64,000 nucleotides of DNA from contig OZ024741.1 of the NCBI GenBank assembly GCA_964016885.1, forward strand, positions 58,032,001 through 58,096,000. Reading direction: 5' to 3'. The translations under genes and the position numbers were made by a program. A model generated the notes under the pieces. That model was not told the DNA's origin. It did no database searches and saw only the letters and a list, made by a program, of their open reading frames with translations. Position 1 is the stretch's first letter; every line of letters begins with the position of its first letter. This document shows positions 27,423 to 38,442 of the stretch, piece by piece. Source of the DNA: Eledone cirrhosa. Its lineage: Eukaryota.

Positions 27423-28117
27423 CTGGAGGGGGAGTCAATCAAGTGATACAGCGGTCAAGAAGCAGAGCTTAGCCTCTTATAACCCTGAAAAAAATACCAC
27501 GGAGGCGGAGGGGGTATTTATATCAAGGCCGTAGAAGAGGATTATCTTGATAAGTCGGCAGACCTCACAAAAATTCTATATCTCTGTGATGCAGTGTTTT
27601 TGCATAATATGCCACGAAACTACGTAGTCGGGGACTAAAGAAGCAGCTTAGGTATGATATATCTTATTACTAATTATATCTAATGTTTCTTCTCTCTTCA
27701 TAATGTATTATATAGCTCTGATACTGAATCAATCTAATCCATTCGGATTGGTTTGTCCCAGTTATTCATAGAGCAACATCGGTTGAGGTTGGTACCACTA
27801 ACTCAAGGATATATGTGGATATATTCATGTATATGTATGTGTCCGCATGTATCTGTGTGTTTCTCTATATATTTATATATATATATATATATATTATATA
27901 TACATACATATATATATATATATATACCTAGATATTCCAGTAGGCACCAGTACCACGGAAATAATCATATTTTAATTTATTTAAAAGATTGTTTAATGTT
28001 TACTTGTTCCGCTCATATATATATACATATATATATATATATACATAAACAAGGTTTAGTAAATAATGAAAAAGTTTCAAAATAAATTTTAAAAAATTGA
28101 CTTTACCTACTATAGTT

Positions 28118-28201
28118 ACCTTTACCGATCGGTTTCGAATCCCAAAAATAAAACGGAGACCATACGGCCTTCGTTGCAAAGAAAGATTCTCGTCAGAAGG
28201 T
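28118..28201 (-). ncRNA. Type I hammerhead ribozyme (inverted-arm copy)
   Basis: acctt CTGACGA gaatc..gattc GAA accgatcggt A aaggt; helix III is a perfect palindrome. Confidence 0.85.
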
Positions 28202-28611
28202 TCTTTTCATTCAAAGAATATAAAATTCCTGAATTTAAATCAAATTTATTTTGAAACTTTTTCATTATTTACTAAACCTTGTTTATATTTGTTCTGGCTC
28301 GTTAATTTATTAACCCGCCATTGAACCACACTGGCATTTGGTTGGACAATACATGCGTACCTTGGCGCCTTGTGCGTGAAGGAACGTATTTCCTATTACT
28401 ACTACCTCCACTAACGTTGAGAACAAATTTGGTCGTTCTGACTGCTGCTAGCAATAGCTGTGGCTAGTTTGACCTACCTCCTTTTGCCTCTATCTTTGCT
28501 ACGGCCCTTGATAAACCTGTTCTACATCATCCACTCTCATCCCAGAAACAGTTTTGACAGCGCTAGTTTGTGATTTAAATTCAGGAATTTTATATTCTTT
28601 GAATGAAAAGA

Positions 28612-28695
28612 ACCTTCTGACGAGAATCTTTCTTTGCAACGAAGGCCGTATGGTCTCCGTTTTATTTTTGGGATTCGAAACCGACCGGTAAAGGT
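28612..28695 (+). ncRNA. Type I hammerhead ribozyme with extended helix II
   Basis: acctt CTGACGA gaatc [43 nt] gattc GAA accgaccggt A aaggt; canonical core, GUA triplet. Confidence 0.85.
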
Positions 28696-28871
28696 AACTA
28701 TAGTAGGTAAAGTCAATTTTTTAAAATTTATTTTGAAACTTTTTCATTATTTACTAAACCTTGTTTATATATATATACATATATATATAATGGAAAAATT
28801 TCAACAGGAACAAAACAGAGAGGCAGTACAACGAATGTTTATTAATTTCACGCTCTGGAGAGTGGGGTGGT

Positions 28872-28949
<78 letters not shown>

Positions 28950-28957
28950 CATATACA

Positions 28958-29047
28958 TGATGGCTGCCCCCTCGTTATCGAGTATGGCCATTGCACGAGA
29001 AAAAAAAAAATTATAATAATAATAATAATAAAAATAATAAATAAAAA

Positions 29048-29096
<49 letters not shown>

Positions 29097-32000
29097 CATA
29101 CACATATACACACCCACACACACATACATTAATAACAATAATAATAATAATAATAACGACAACAACAATAATAATATACATATATATATACACACACGCG
29201 CACACACATAAGCATATCTACACACACACACACATACACAATAGCAACTAACAGCGCTGCGATCGAATGTGGCTTTTTAGCCCAGCCAATGATCTAAAAT
29301 GTCTTGCACAGAGTCGGCAACCAAAACATTCACTGGGAATAGTCGGCTGTGGTTGGAGTTTGTGTACTTTTGCATGTCGCTTGAGCCCTCCTGCTGATTT
29401 ACATTCTCTACCACATGTTTGGCAAGCATGATGAGTAGCATCTCCAACAGCAGCCTGGTAGTCAACCACTGGTCTTACTTTATGACTGCGAAAATGACTT
29501 TCGAGTCCAGCTTTGCTTAGGCAGAGTCTCGCACATACGCTGCATGTCAGCACCATAGGAGGACCCTCGCCGTCTGGAAGTGCAACAGCAATGCCCTTCC
29601 TCACATCCCGCTTTACTTTCTCGTATGCGATTCGAGATGCCTCAAAGGCAACTTTTCCCTCATATACAGTCTTTCTCCATTTATTACGATCAGCAGCAAT
29701 ATTCTCCCATGTATCAGCAGAGATGTTAGCGTCTTTCAGAGAGGCTTTCAAGGAATCCGTATACCTCTTTTTTGGTTTATGTGGCGGTCGTTTTCCTTTA
29801 ACCAACTCTCCATAAAAGAGTTGTTTTGGTATTCTAGAATCCTTCATCCTGGCAAGGTGACCACTCCAACGGAGTCGTTGCTTAAGCACAAGAGCTTCTA
29901 TACTGTCACACATAGAGCTTTCCAAAATCTCGACATCACTGATGTGGTCTCTCCAGTGAACGCCATGGATCCGTCTGAGACACATCTGATGGAAACGCTC
30001 CAATTGCTTAAGGTGGTGTCGATATGTGACCCAGGTCTCGCAGGCATAAAGAAGACAAGAGAGCACACATGCCCTGAACACCTTTACCTTTGTCCTCCTG
30101 CATATGTCTCGCCGACCCCAGAGTCGCCTTTCTAGCTTTCCGAAAGCATCACTTGCTTTCCTAATCCTAAGTGAGATTTCACTGTCAAGGTTACTGTATC
30201 GATTGACAGTGCTTCCCAGGTAGACAAACTGATCAACCACTCCAAGTCGTTTGCCATACACATAGATGTTTGGTTCAGTGTACTGCTTACCAGGGGCAGG
30301 TTGGTACATGACGATGGTTTTCTTGAGACTGACAGTGAGACCTAGGGCAGTGCAAGCGTCAGAAAATGCATTCAAAATGTGCTGCATATCACTCTCTGTG
30401 TGCGCTACAAGATCGCAATCATATGCATACAAGAGGTCTCTTATGATTGATGTAAACACTTTTGTCTTCGCAGCAAAGCGCCTGATGTTAAATATGCTGC
30501 CTGAGGTTCGATACCGGATGTAAACACCATGCTCACAATTCCTGAATGCAATACAGAAAACCATTGCAAAGTATATGGCAAACAGGGTCGATGCTGGAAT
30601 ATCCCCCTGCTTCACTCCATCTTTTACTGAGATAGGCTCCGACATGATACCCCCGACATTAACCCAAGCCTTCATGTCGTCATGGAAAGACCTAACTAAA
30701 GCAAGGAACTTATCAGGGCAACCAAGTTTTTGGAGAACCTTCCATAATGCATCTCTGTTAACAGTATCGAAATCTTTTGTCAGATCGACAAAAAACTGAT
30801 ACAGATCCAAGCCTAGTTCCATGCACTTCTCCTGGAGCTGTCTAGATGAGAAGATCATATCAGTAGTGCCGCGTCCAGCACGAAAACCAGATTGACTTTC
30901 ACGAAGAACACAATCTGCAATGTGTGTCAGCAGACGGTCCAGAAGCACCCTACATAAAACTTTCCCTACGACAGAAAGCAATGATATACCTCTGTAGTTC
31001 CCACAATCGTTCCTGTTACCCCTTCCCTTGTACAAGACCACCATTACTGCATCTCTCCAGTCCTCAGGTACGGATTCATTAGCCCATATCCTGCCAAACA
31101 AAGAGTGAAGATGTTGCAGGAGTCTCTCACCACCATATTGTAGGAGCTCAGCATGTATGCCATCCATACCTGGAGATCTTCCACTGTTCAGCTTCGAAAT
31201 AGCCATTGCAACCTCCACAAACGTCGGAGGTTCTGCGAGAGCTACTTTCACAGGACTTTCTGGAATGAGATTGAGGAAATCTTCACTGACGACAGACGGC
31301 TGATTCAAAAGATCATCAAAGTGCTCTCGCCACCTTCGTAGAATTCCTTGCGAGTCACGAAGAAGTTCTTTGCCATCCTTGCTGCGAAGCGGTGTCACCA
31401 GAGAAGAAGACGGTCCATAAACCTCACGCAAGAGACTGTACAACAGCTTTGTGTTATTGGAATCAGACGCAGTTTGTATCTCACCAGCCTTCTCATTCCA
31501 CCACTGATCCTTCATCTGAGAAAGACTCCGCCTAACACGTGATTTTACATCCCTGAGTTCCTCATGCAACGTATTCCTCTCCTGTGGTTTTGCCGTCAAG
31601 TAGCGTGACAGAGCACGCCTCTTATCAGCCAACAAGTCTTCTATATGTACATCATTCTCATCAAACCAGTCCTGATGTTTCCTCTGCGCCAATCCCAGAA
31701 CACGCCTGCCTACATCATAAACCGACTTTTTAAGGGTCGGCCAATCTTCACCAAGATCTGCAGCCTGCATCTTTTCTTCCAATGTCCTCTTCACATTTTT
31801 ATCCTTAAGACGAGCAGCATTCAATCTTTTGGGCAGGGCAACACCAGGAGCCCGGATTTTACGTTTAGTGATTAGTTTCACTTTTGCGCGTACCAGGCGG
31901 TGGTCCATCCAGCACTCAGCTCCAAGAAGAACATGAACACACTGCACATCCTGTCTGTCACGCATCCTGACTAGGACATAGTCCAAAAGATGCCATTCCT

Positions 32001-33150
32001 TAGATGCAGGATGCATCCATGTGGTCTTGAATTTGTTCTTTTGTTGGAACATGGTGTTGGTAACACACAGATCCAGCTCCTCACACATCTGCAGCAGGAG
32101 CATACCATTGCTGTTACACTTTCCCACCCCATGCCTTCCGATTACATTCCATGTGTTAAAATCCCTACCCACTCTAGCATTAAAGTCACCAAACACGATG
32201 ATTTTGTCTGCCTGAGGGATATTTCTTAAAACACCTTTCAAGGCATGGTAAAAGGACACCTTTTCCTCATCGACAGAACTCATAGTTGGAGCATACACAC
32301 TCACTAGGGTAGCATATCTTCCCTTGTCCAGCGGAACTCTCATGGACATAAGACGCTCACTAATCCCTACTGGGAATTCTTCTAATTTATTCACCAGTAC
32401 AGTCTTAACAGCAAATCCTACCCCAGCCTCTCTTCTGGTTCCTTCATCTCTTCCTTTCCAGAAGAATGTATATTCTCCACAAAATTCCGTAAGATGACCA
32501 TCTCCAGCTAACCTTGTCCCAGATAAAGCCACGATGTCAAGATCGTAACGTCGAAGCTCCTTTGCAACAAGAGCGGTCCTTCGTTCAGGACGCCCCAAGG
32601 AATCCCTGTCAAGCAGCGGCCGTACGTTCCAGCAGCCAAGACTAAATGCCTTGTTTGGCTCTATTACAATGGCACGATGACGAGCGGGCCCAGGCTGTGA
32701 TAACCTGGGGCCCCTGCCCTTATTGCCAATGATCTTTTTTGTTCCAGAACCTAAATTGCCAATCATCTCTTTTATATTGTTCTGGAACATCATTGAATTG
32801 GAAAAGGAAAAAAAAAAAAAAAAAGTAATAAAAATAGTAATAATAATAATAATAGTACACTATTAATAATTATTTATGCACTCGTGCAATGCCTGTGCGT
32901 GACGAATATTTTTAAAGTGAGGAAAGACTGTGCACTGAGCCAATCCCACTCTCTGAGCGACAGTAGCTATAACCCGAAAAGAAGAAAAGATCAACATCAT
33001 CGGTAACTATTGAGCCGCAGGTTTTATGTCGGAGTTAACCCAGTTTCCTGAGATGCCTTCTCCTAGAAGAATGCCCTAATAAGGGCTAGGGGTCCTTCAC
33101 TCCCAGTGGTTCAACCGCGCGTTCGTGTGACCAGCCTGACTATTTCTATG
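28958..33150 (-). mobile_element. Near full-length RTE (BovB-like) LINE
   Basis: Single long APE-RT ORF, 5' UTR to ~33150, microsatellite-rich 3' UTR ending gagggggcagccatca. Confidence 0.93.
29248..32793 (-). CDS. RTE ORF: APE endonuclease + RT + three C-terminal C2H2-type Zn fingers (1181 aa; catalytic substitutions)
   Basis: GCWNVR, RPERRTALVA, GVGFAV, SVYAPT, GDFNARVG, LLDYVLV, NYRGISLL, QSGFRAGRGTTD, GVKQG, LLYAYD, FVYLGS, RLRWSGH, three CxxC..HxxxH-like motifs. Confidence 0.93.
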   Translation of the reverse strand: MMFQNNIKEMIGNLGSGTKKIIGNKGRGPRLSQPGPARHRAIVIEPNKAFSLGCWNVRPLLDRDSLGRPERRTALVAKELRRYDLDIVALSGTRLAGDGHLTEFCGEYTFFWKGRDEGTRREAGVGFAVKTVLVNKLEEFPVGISERLMSMRVPLDKGRYATLVSVYAPTMSSVDEEKVSFYHALKGVLRNIPQADKIIVFGDFNARVGRDFNTWNVIGRHGVGKCNSNGMLLLQMCEELDLCVTNTMFQQKNKFKTTWMHPASKEWHLLDYVLVRMRDRQDVQCVHVLLGAECWMDHRLVRAKVKLITKRKIRAPGVALPKRLNAARLKDKNVKRTLEEKMQAADLGEDWPTLKKSVYDVGRRVLGLAQRKHQDWFDENDVHIEDLLADKRRALSRYLTAKPQERNTLHEELRDVKSRVRRSLSQMKDQWWNEKAGEIQTASDSNNTKLLYSLLREVYGPSSSLVTPLRSKDGKELLRDSQGILRRWREHFDDLLNQPSVVSEDFLNLIPESPVKVALAEPPTFVEVAMAISKLNSGRSPGMDGIHAELLQYGGERLLQHLHSLFGRIWANESVPEDWRDAVMVVLYKGRGNRNDCGNYRGISLLSVVGKVLCRVLLDRLLTHIADCVLRESQSGFRAGRGTTDMIFSSRQLQEKCMELGLDLYQFFVDLTKDFDTVNRDALWKVLQKLGCPDKFLALVRSFHDDMKAWVNVGGIMSEPISVKDGVKQGDIPASTLFAIYFAMVFCIAFRNCEHGVYIRYRTSGSIFNIRRFAAKTKVFTSIIRDLLYAYDCDLVAHTESDMQHILNAFSDACTALGLTVSLKKTIVMYQPAPGKQYTEPNIYVYGKRLGVVDQFVYLGSTVNRYSNLDSEISLRIRKASDAFGKLERRLWGRRDICRRTKVKVFRACVLSCLLYACETWVTYRHHLKQLERFHQMCLRRIHGVHWRDHISDVEILESSMCDSIEALVLKQRLRWSGHLARMKDSRIPKQLFYGELVKGKRPPHKPKKRYTDSLKASLKDANISADTWENIAADRNKWRKTVYEGKVAFEASRIAYEKVKRDVRKGIAVALPDGEGPPMVLTCSVCARLCLSKAGLESHFRSHKVRPVVDYQAAVGDATHHACQTCGRECKSAGGLKRHAKVHKLQPQPTIPSECFGCRLCARHFRSLAGLKSHIRSQRC

Positions 33151-33419
33151 TCCTCCGCGCATATACACACACATGCACCCATGTATATACACATGTACAT
33201 ACATATGTACATGTGTATATATACATATACAAATGTATATAAATATATATACACAGATATATGTATACGTATATACATAGATATATATACATATATACAT
33301 AGATATATATATAAAATTTCAGGTTATCAATAATGTAGTGATAATATATCGTTACATTAGAGATGAACAGCGTACGTGTAGGTTCATAGATATATATATA
33401 TATATACATATATACATAG

Positions 33420-33530
<111 letters not shown>

Positions 33531-33562
33531 TACATACATACATACATACATACATACATACA

Positions 33563-34010
<448 letters not shown>

Positions 34011-34581
34011 ATACATATATATACAAACATATACATACACATATATATACAAACATATACATATATATATATACACACACACATATGTATATATATCTAC
34101 ATGCACACACACACATATATATGTGAATATATATATATGTATACCCTTGCAAGCAGGGTAAAGCGAACGTATGGTGATGATGATGATATATATCAACATA
34201 CACATACATATATATATACATATATATACATATATATATATTATATATATATATATGCACCGAAATCACAGACTAGATCCCTTCTTCCTCCCGTTAGACC
34301 TGTACGGAATTCCTTCCTTGCTCACATTCCAACCAGGTTTGATGGTCTTTATTCTCTCTCGTTCATGATTTCACCGAATTTAAATTCATAGAAATTTGGG
34401 ACTTGACTCCTTCTTCCTCACTTTACGTTGCTTCACCATTTTGTTTGTTTACACTCGTGTCCCCTTTATTTACGTGTCCCAACGACTTTTTTTAGCCGTT
34501 GCCCGCACCAACCGGAGGTATATGGTCTTTAAAGCGATGAAATACCAATGATGGTTGGAAGATCACTGATGAAGGACTAAC

Positions 34582-34621
<40 letters not shown>

Positions 34622-34903
34622 TGTCTGCAGCAACAGCAGCAGTGAAATGAAGAACAACAACAACAACAAAAGCGCAGCAACAACAACAGCAACTACAATA
34701 ACAACTACAGCACCAACAACTGCCACCACCATCAATGACCATTCACCACCACCACACTGACACCATCCACCACCATTCACCACCACCATTACCAGCGTAA
34801 AGCAAACAATTATTATTATTATATACAAGCTGAACTGGACTGGGAAAGGACAACAGTGGACATGATATTGATTTTGATTTTGTATTTGTATCAGTACTGC
34901 CGG

Positions 34904-34945
<42 letters not shown>

Positions 34946-35084
34946 TTGTGAGTGGTGTGTGTTTGTATGCATGAATGAGTGTTGGTATGTGAGTGGCGTG
35001 TGTGTGGTTGTGGTTTGTATGCATGAGCCTTGGTGTGTGAGTGTGTGTGTGTGCGTCGTGTCAATAAGTTGTTTTTTTTTTTTT

Positions 35085-38000
35085 ATGACCATGCTGTAAA
35101 ATGGAGGGGTAGAGAGGGCCCTTGAGTCTAGTAAGACATCCTCTCTAGTGCTGGTGGCACAAATAAAAGCACCCAGTCCATGCTGTAAAGTGGCGCTGGT
35201 GTTAGGAAGGGCATCCAACCAGTGTATCAATGCCAAAACGCTTATCAGCACAGCAACAAATAGGAACAACAACAAAATATGAAGACGTCGCATCTCAGAG
35301 TTGCAACACTTAATGTTGGCACTCTCAGAGGTAGATCTGCTGAAATAGCGGAGATGCTGGAGAGAAGGCAGGTGGATGTGTGCTGCGTGCAAGAGGTGAG
35401 ATGGAGAGGTGCCTCTGAGAGACTAGTCGTAGGCAAACGTCTTAGCTATAAGCTATTCTGGGTAGGTAAGGATGATGGGTTAGGGGGAGTAGGCATTTTC
35501 CTGGCTGAGAAATGGATCAATAAGACAATAGAGGTAGTTCGAGTTAGTAATCGAATAATTAAGCTTAGATTAGTTGTAGGTAGGAGACTACTGACAATCA
35601 TCTCAGCCTATGCTCCCCAAGCAGGCCTAGGCAGAGATGAGAAAGACTGCTTTTATGAGCAACTTTTGCAAACAACCGCAATGACAGAGGACGGAGACAT
35701 CATTATGCTAGCAGGAGACTTCAATGGTCATGTTGGACAGCTCCAGGATGGTTACACTGGGGTACATGGTGGGCACGGTTACGGTTCAAGAAATGAAGAA
35801 GGAGTGAGATTTCTTGAATTTTGTGATGCAGGTACATTGACTATTTGCAACACAAACTTCCAGAAACCTGCCAATCACCTAATAACCTACAAATCTGGTG
35901 AGCACATAAGCCAGATTGACTTCTTACTAGTTAGGCAGCGGGACAGGTAAATCGTGTCTAATACCAAGGCATACCCTGGGGAAGAATGTACCCCACAGCA
36001 TAGGTTAGTTGTTAGTGATATCTCAGTAAGCAAGAGATGGAATGAGACATATAGGAAGGTGTGGAGAAGAAAGGTCTGGAAGCTAAAAGACCTTTCACTA
36101 AAATACAAATTTAGGAAAGCCCTTCAAGATGTATATGACGAAAAAGAAGACGATTTAGAGACGTATGACATAGATAATAACTGGAATTTCTTACGTGACA
36201 ACTTACTGCAGGCTACTGATGAAACTTGTGGCTGGAGCAGAGCTCCAACCAGACAGAGAGTAACCTGGTGGTGGAACAGCGCAGTAGATAAGGCTATTAG
36301 AGATAAAAGACTAGCATGGAAGGCTTGGAAAAAGGGTGGGCGTAGGGAAGAATATACAGCCACTAAGAGAGAAGCTAGACGTCAGGTGTACTTATCATGC
36401 AGGGAGGCAGAGAGTAGGAGGTTTGCCAATGTTCTGCGATGGGAAGATCAGAGGCGTGTGGTGTTCCACATTGCAAGGCAGTGTGTCAATGCAAATTAGG
36501 ATGTTGTTGGAGATAAATGTGTCCGGGATGATGCCGGTGTACTTAGTGTCACGAATGATCAGAAAAAGGAGGCCTGGAAATGTCATTATGAGAGACTGAT
36601 GAATGTGGAGAACAAATGGGAGAGAGAGAAATTACCCTTGGTAGATCCGACAGAGGGACCAGCTATTGAGATTGACGAATATAGGGTCCAAGAGGCGATT
36701 AGGGAAATGAAAAATGGTAAGGCTGCCGGACCATTGGGAATAGTTGCTGAGATGCTGAAGGCATCAGGGGACGTAGGCACTAAACTGGTTGCACGCATTA
36801 TCAATCAGGCTATATATGGTGGTGTCATACCCAAAGACTGGTGCAGCAGTATTCTCATAAATTGCTACAAAGGTAAAGGGGATGCTCTGGAGAGGAGCAA
36901 TTATAGGGGTATAAAACTGATAGATCAGGTTATGAAAGTGGCAGAAAGGATTTTAGCACAATTAATTAGAGAAAGGGTCAAACTAGATGAGATGCAGTTT
37001 GGTTTTGTGCCTGGGAAGAGTACAACAGATGCCCTCTTCTTGGTGAGGACAGTGCAAACTTTGTACAGAGGTACTCTCAGTAAAGTCAGGGTAGGAATGG
37101 AGTTTAGTGAGGAATTCCAGATACAAGTAGGAGTACAGCAGGGTTCGGTTCTCAGCCCACTCTTGTTTTTTATAGTGCTCCAAGCCATAACAGAGGAGTT
37201 TAAGACTGGCTGTCCATGGGAACTTCTCTATGCTGACGATCTGGTTCTTATAGCAGAATCAGTAGAGGAGCTAGAGAATAAAATCTGGCTATGGAAACAG
37301 CAGTTGGAAGCAAGAGGACTGAGAGTGAATCTAGCTAAGACAAAAGTGCTGATGAGTAGAAAAGAGGACAAAACCCTGATTCCGTCAGGGAAATGGCCAT
37401 GTTCGATATGCAGAAAAGGAACTGGCATAAATTCTATAAAATGCACACAATGCTGATCCTGGGTACACAAGAGATGTAGCGGGATAGCAGGCAAACTAAT
37501 AGGTAGGGAGAAATATGTATGCAGTAGATGTACAGGGAAATTAGACAGTAGAAGTCGCATTGATAGACACATTTTTTCAGATGCAGGAGGGCGCTATAGA
37601 AGTGGTGGATAGCTTCCGGTACCTAGATCAGATTAGCATGGGAGGACGGTGTTCCGAGGCCATAGTATCTAGAATAAGGACGGGTTGGAAGAAGTTTAGG
37701 GAGCTGCTTCCTCTGCTGACAAAGAAGGGTTTCTCCATGTGTACGAAAGGCCGGTTGTATGATGCCTGTGTGAGGAGCGCGATGTTGCATGGTAGTAAGA
37801 CATGGGCAGCAACTGCAGAGGATATGCGACGGCTGGAGAGAAATGAGGCAAGCATGCTCCGTTGGATGTGCAGTGTAAATGTGCGTGAACGACCCAGCAT
37901 AAATGTGTTGAGAGAGAAACTGTGTCTGAGAGGGATAGAATGTAGTGTACGAGAGAGGAGACTCAGGTGGTATGGACATGTGATGCGCTTGGAGGATGAC

Positions 38001-38231
38001 CGATGGGTGAAGAAGTGCCAGGAAATGCCAGTTGAAGGAAGACGTGGTAGAGGTAGACCACGAAAAACATGGGCGGAGGTGGTGAGAACAGACCTCAGAT
38101 CATTGAAGCTCACGGTGGAGATCACGAAGGACCGTGACGAGTGGAGAGATGCTGTGCTGAATAAGACCCATCCCACCCTTGCAAGCAGGGAAAAGCTGGC
38201 GTAAAATGATGATGATGATGATGATGATGAT
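35085..38231 (+). mobile_element. Near full-length RTE family A LINE, inactivated by stops, frameshifts and a 141-bp deletion
   Basis: APE 35279-35950 (VATLNVGTL, CVQEVRW, SAYAPQ, GDFNGHVG, QIDF), linker, RT 36599-37456, C-terminus 37560-38204, (ATG)n tail. Confidence 0.95.
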
Positions 38232-38371
38232 ATATGAATATATATGTAGGAGGTGAGTTTTATTGTAGTACAATAAAGGAATGCAGATATCGGATAAGTA
38301 GCACTCTACAGTTTGTAGGACTGGAGTAAAAATAATATATAAGATCAAAAGATGGTTAAAAGAGTTCCATG

Positions 38372-38442
38372 TATTTTATTATGCGCATTTCAAAAACAAA
38401 TATTATCATGCAATAACATTTGCGTTTTCGTCAGATAAAATA
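38372..38442 (-). ncRNA. Hammerhead ribozyme, inverted copy
   Basis: Reverse complement of 40594-40664 with one helix-II substitution. Confidence 0.85.

Larger units (their letters stand above)
26940..27810 (-). mobile_element. Non-coding hammerhead-bearing element related to the 482-bp unit at 28242-28770
   Basis: HHR at 27128-27209. Shares ctacggcc(c)ttgata upstream of the HHR and ttatat..ttgttctg..cattgaaccac downstream of it with the 28-kb element. Confidence 0.6.
28045..28770 (+). mobile_element. Retrozyme-like / non-autonomous PLE: 198-bp inverted arm plus a 482-bp unit bounded by a 47-bp direct repeat
   Basis: Inverted arms 28045-28242 / 28571-28768. Direct repeat 28242-28288 / 28724-28770. 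HHR in both arms, no TE-like ORF, flanked by (TA)n. Confidence 0.8.

Noticed and set aside
27660-27710. Minus-strand ATGAAGA..GAAAC hammerhead-like string
   Set aside because: No C3, no helix II and no helix I.
37041-37050. 141-bp deletion as a spliced-out intron
   Set aside because: The GTGAG donor-like sequence is retained at the junction, which does not fit GT-AG splicing.
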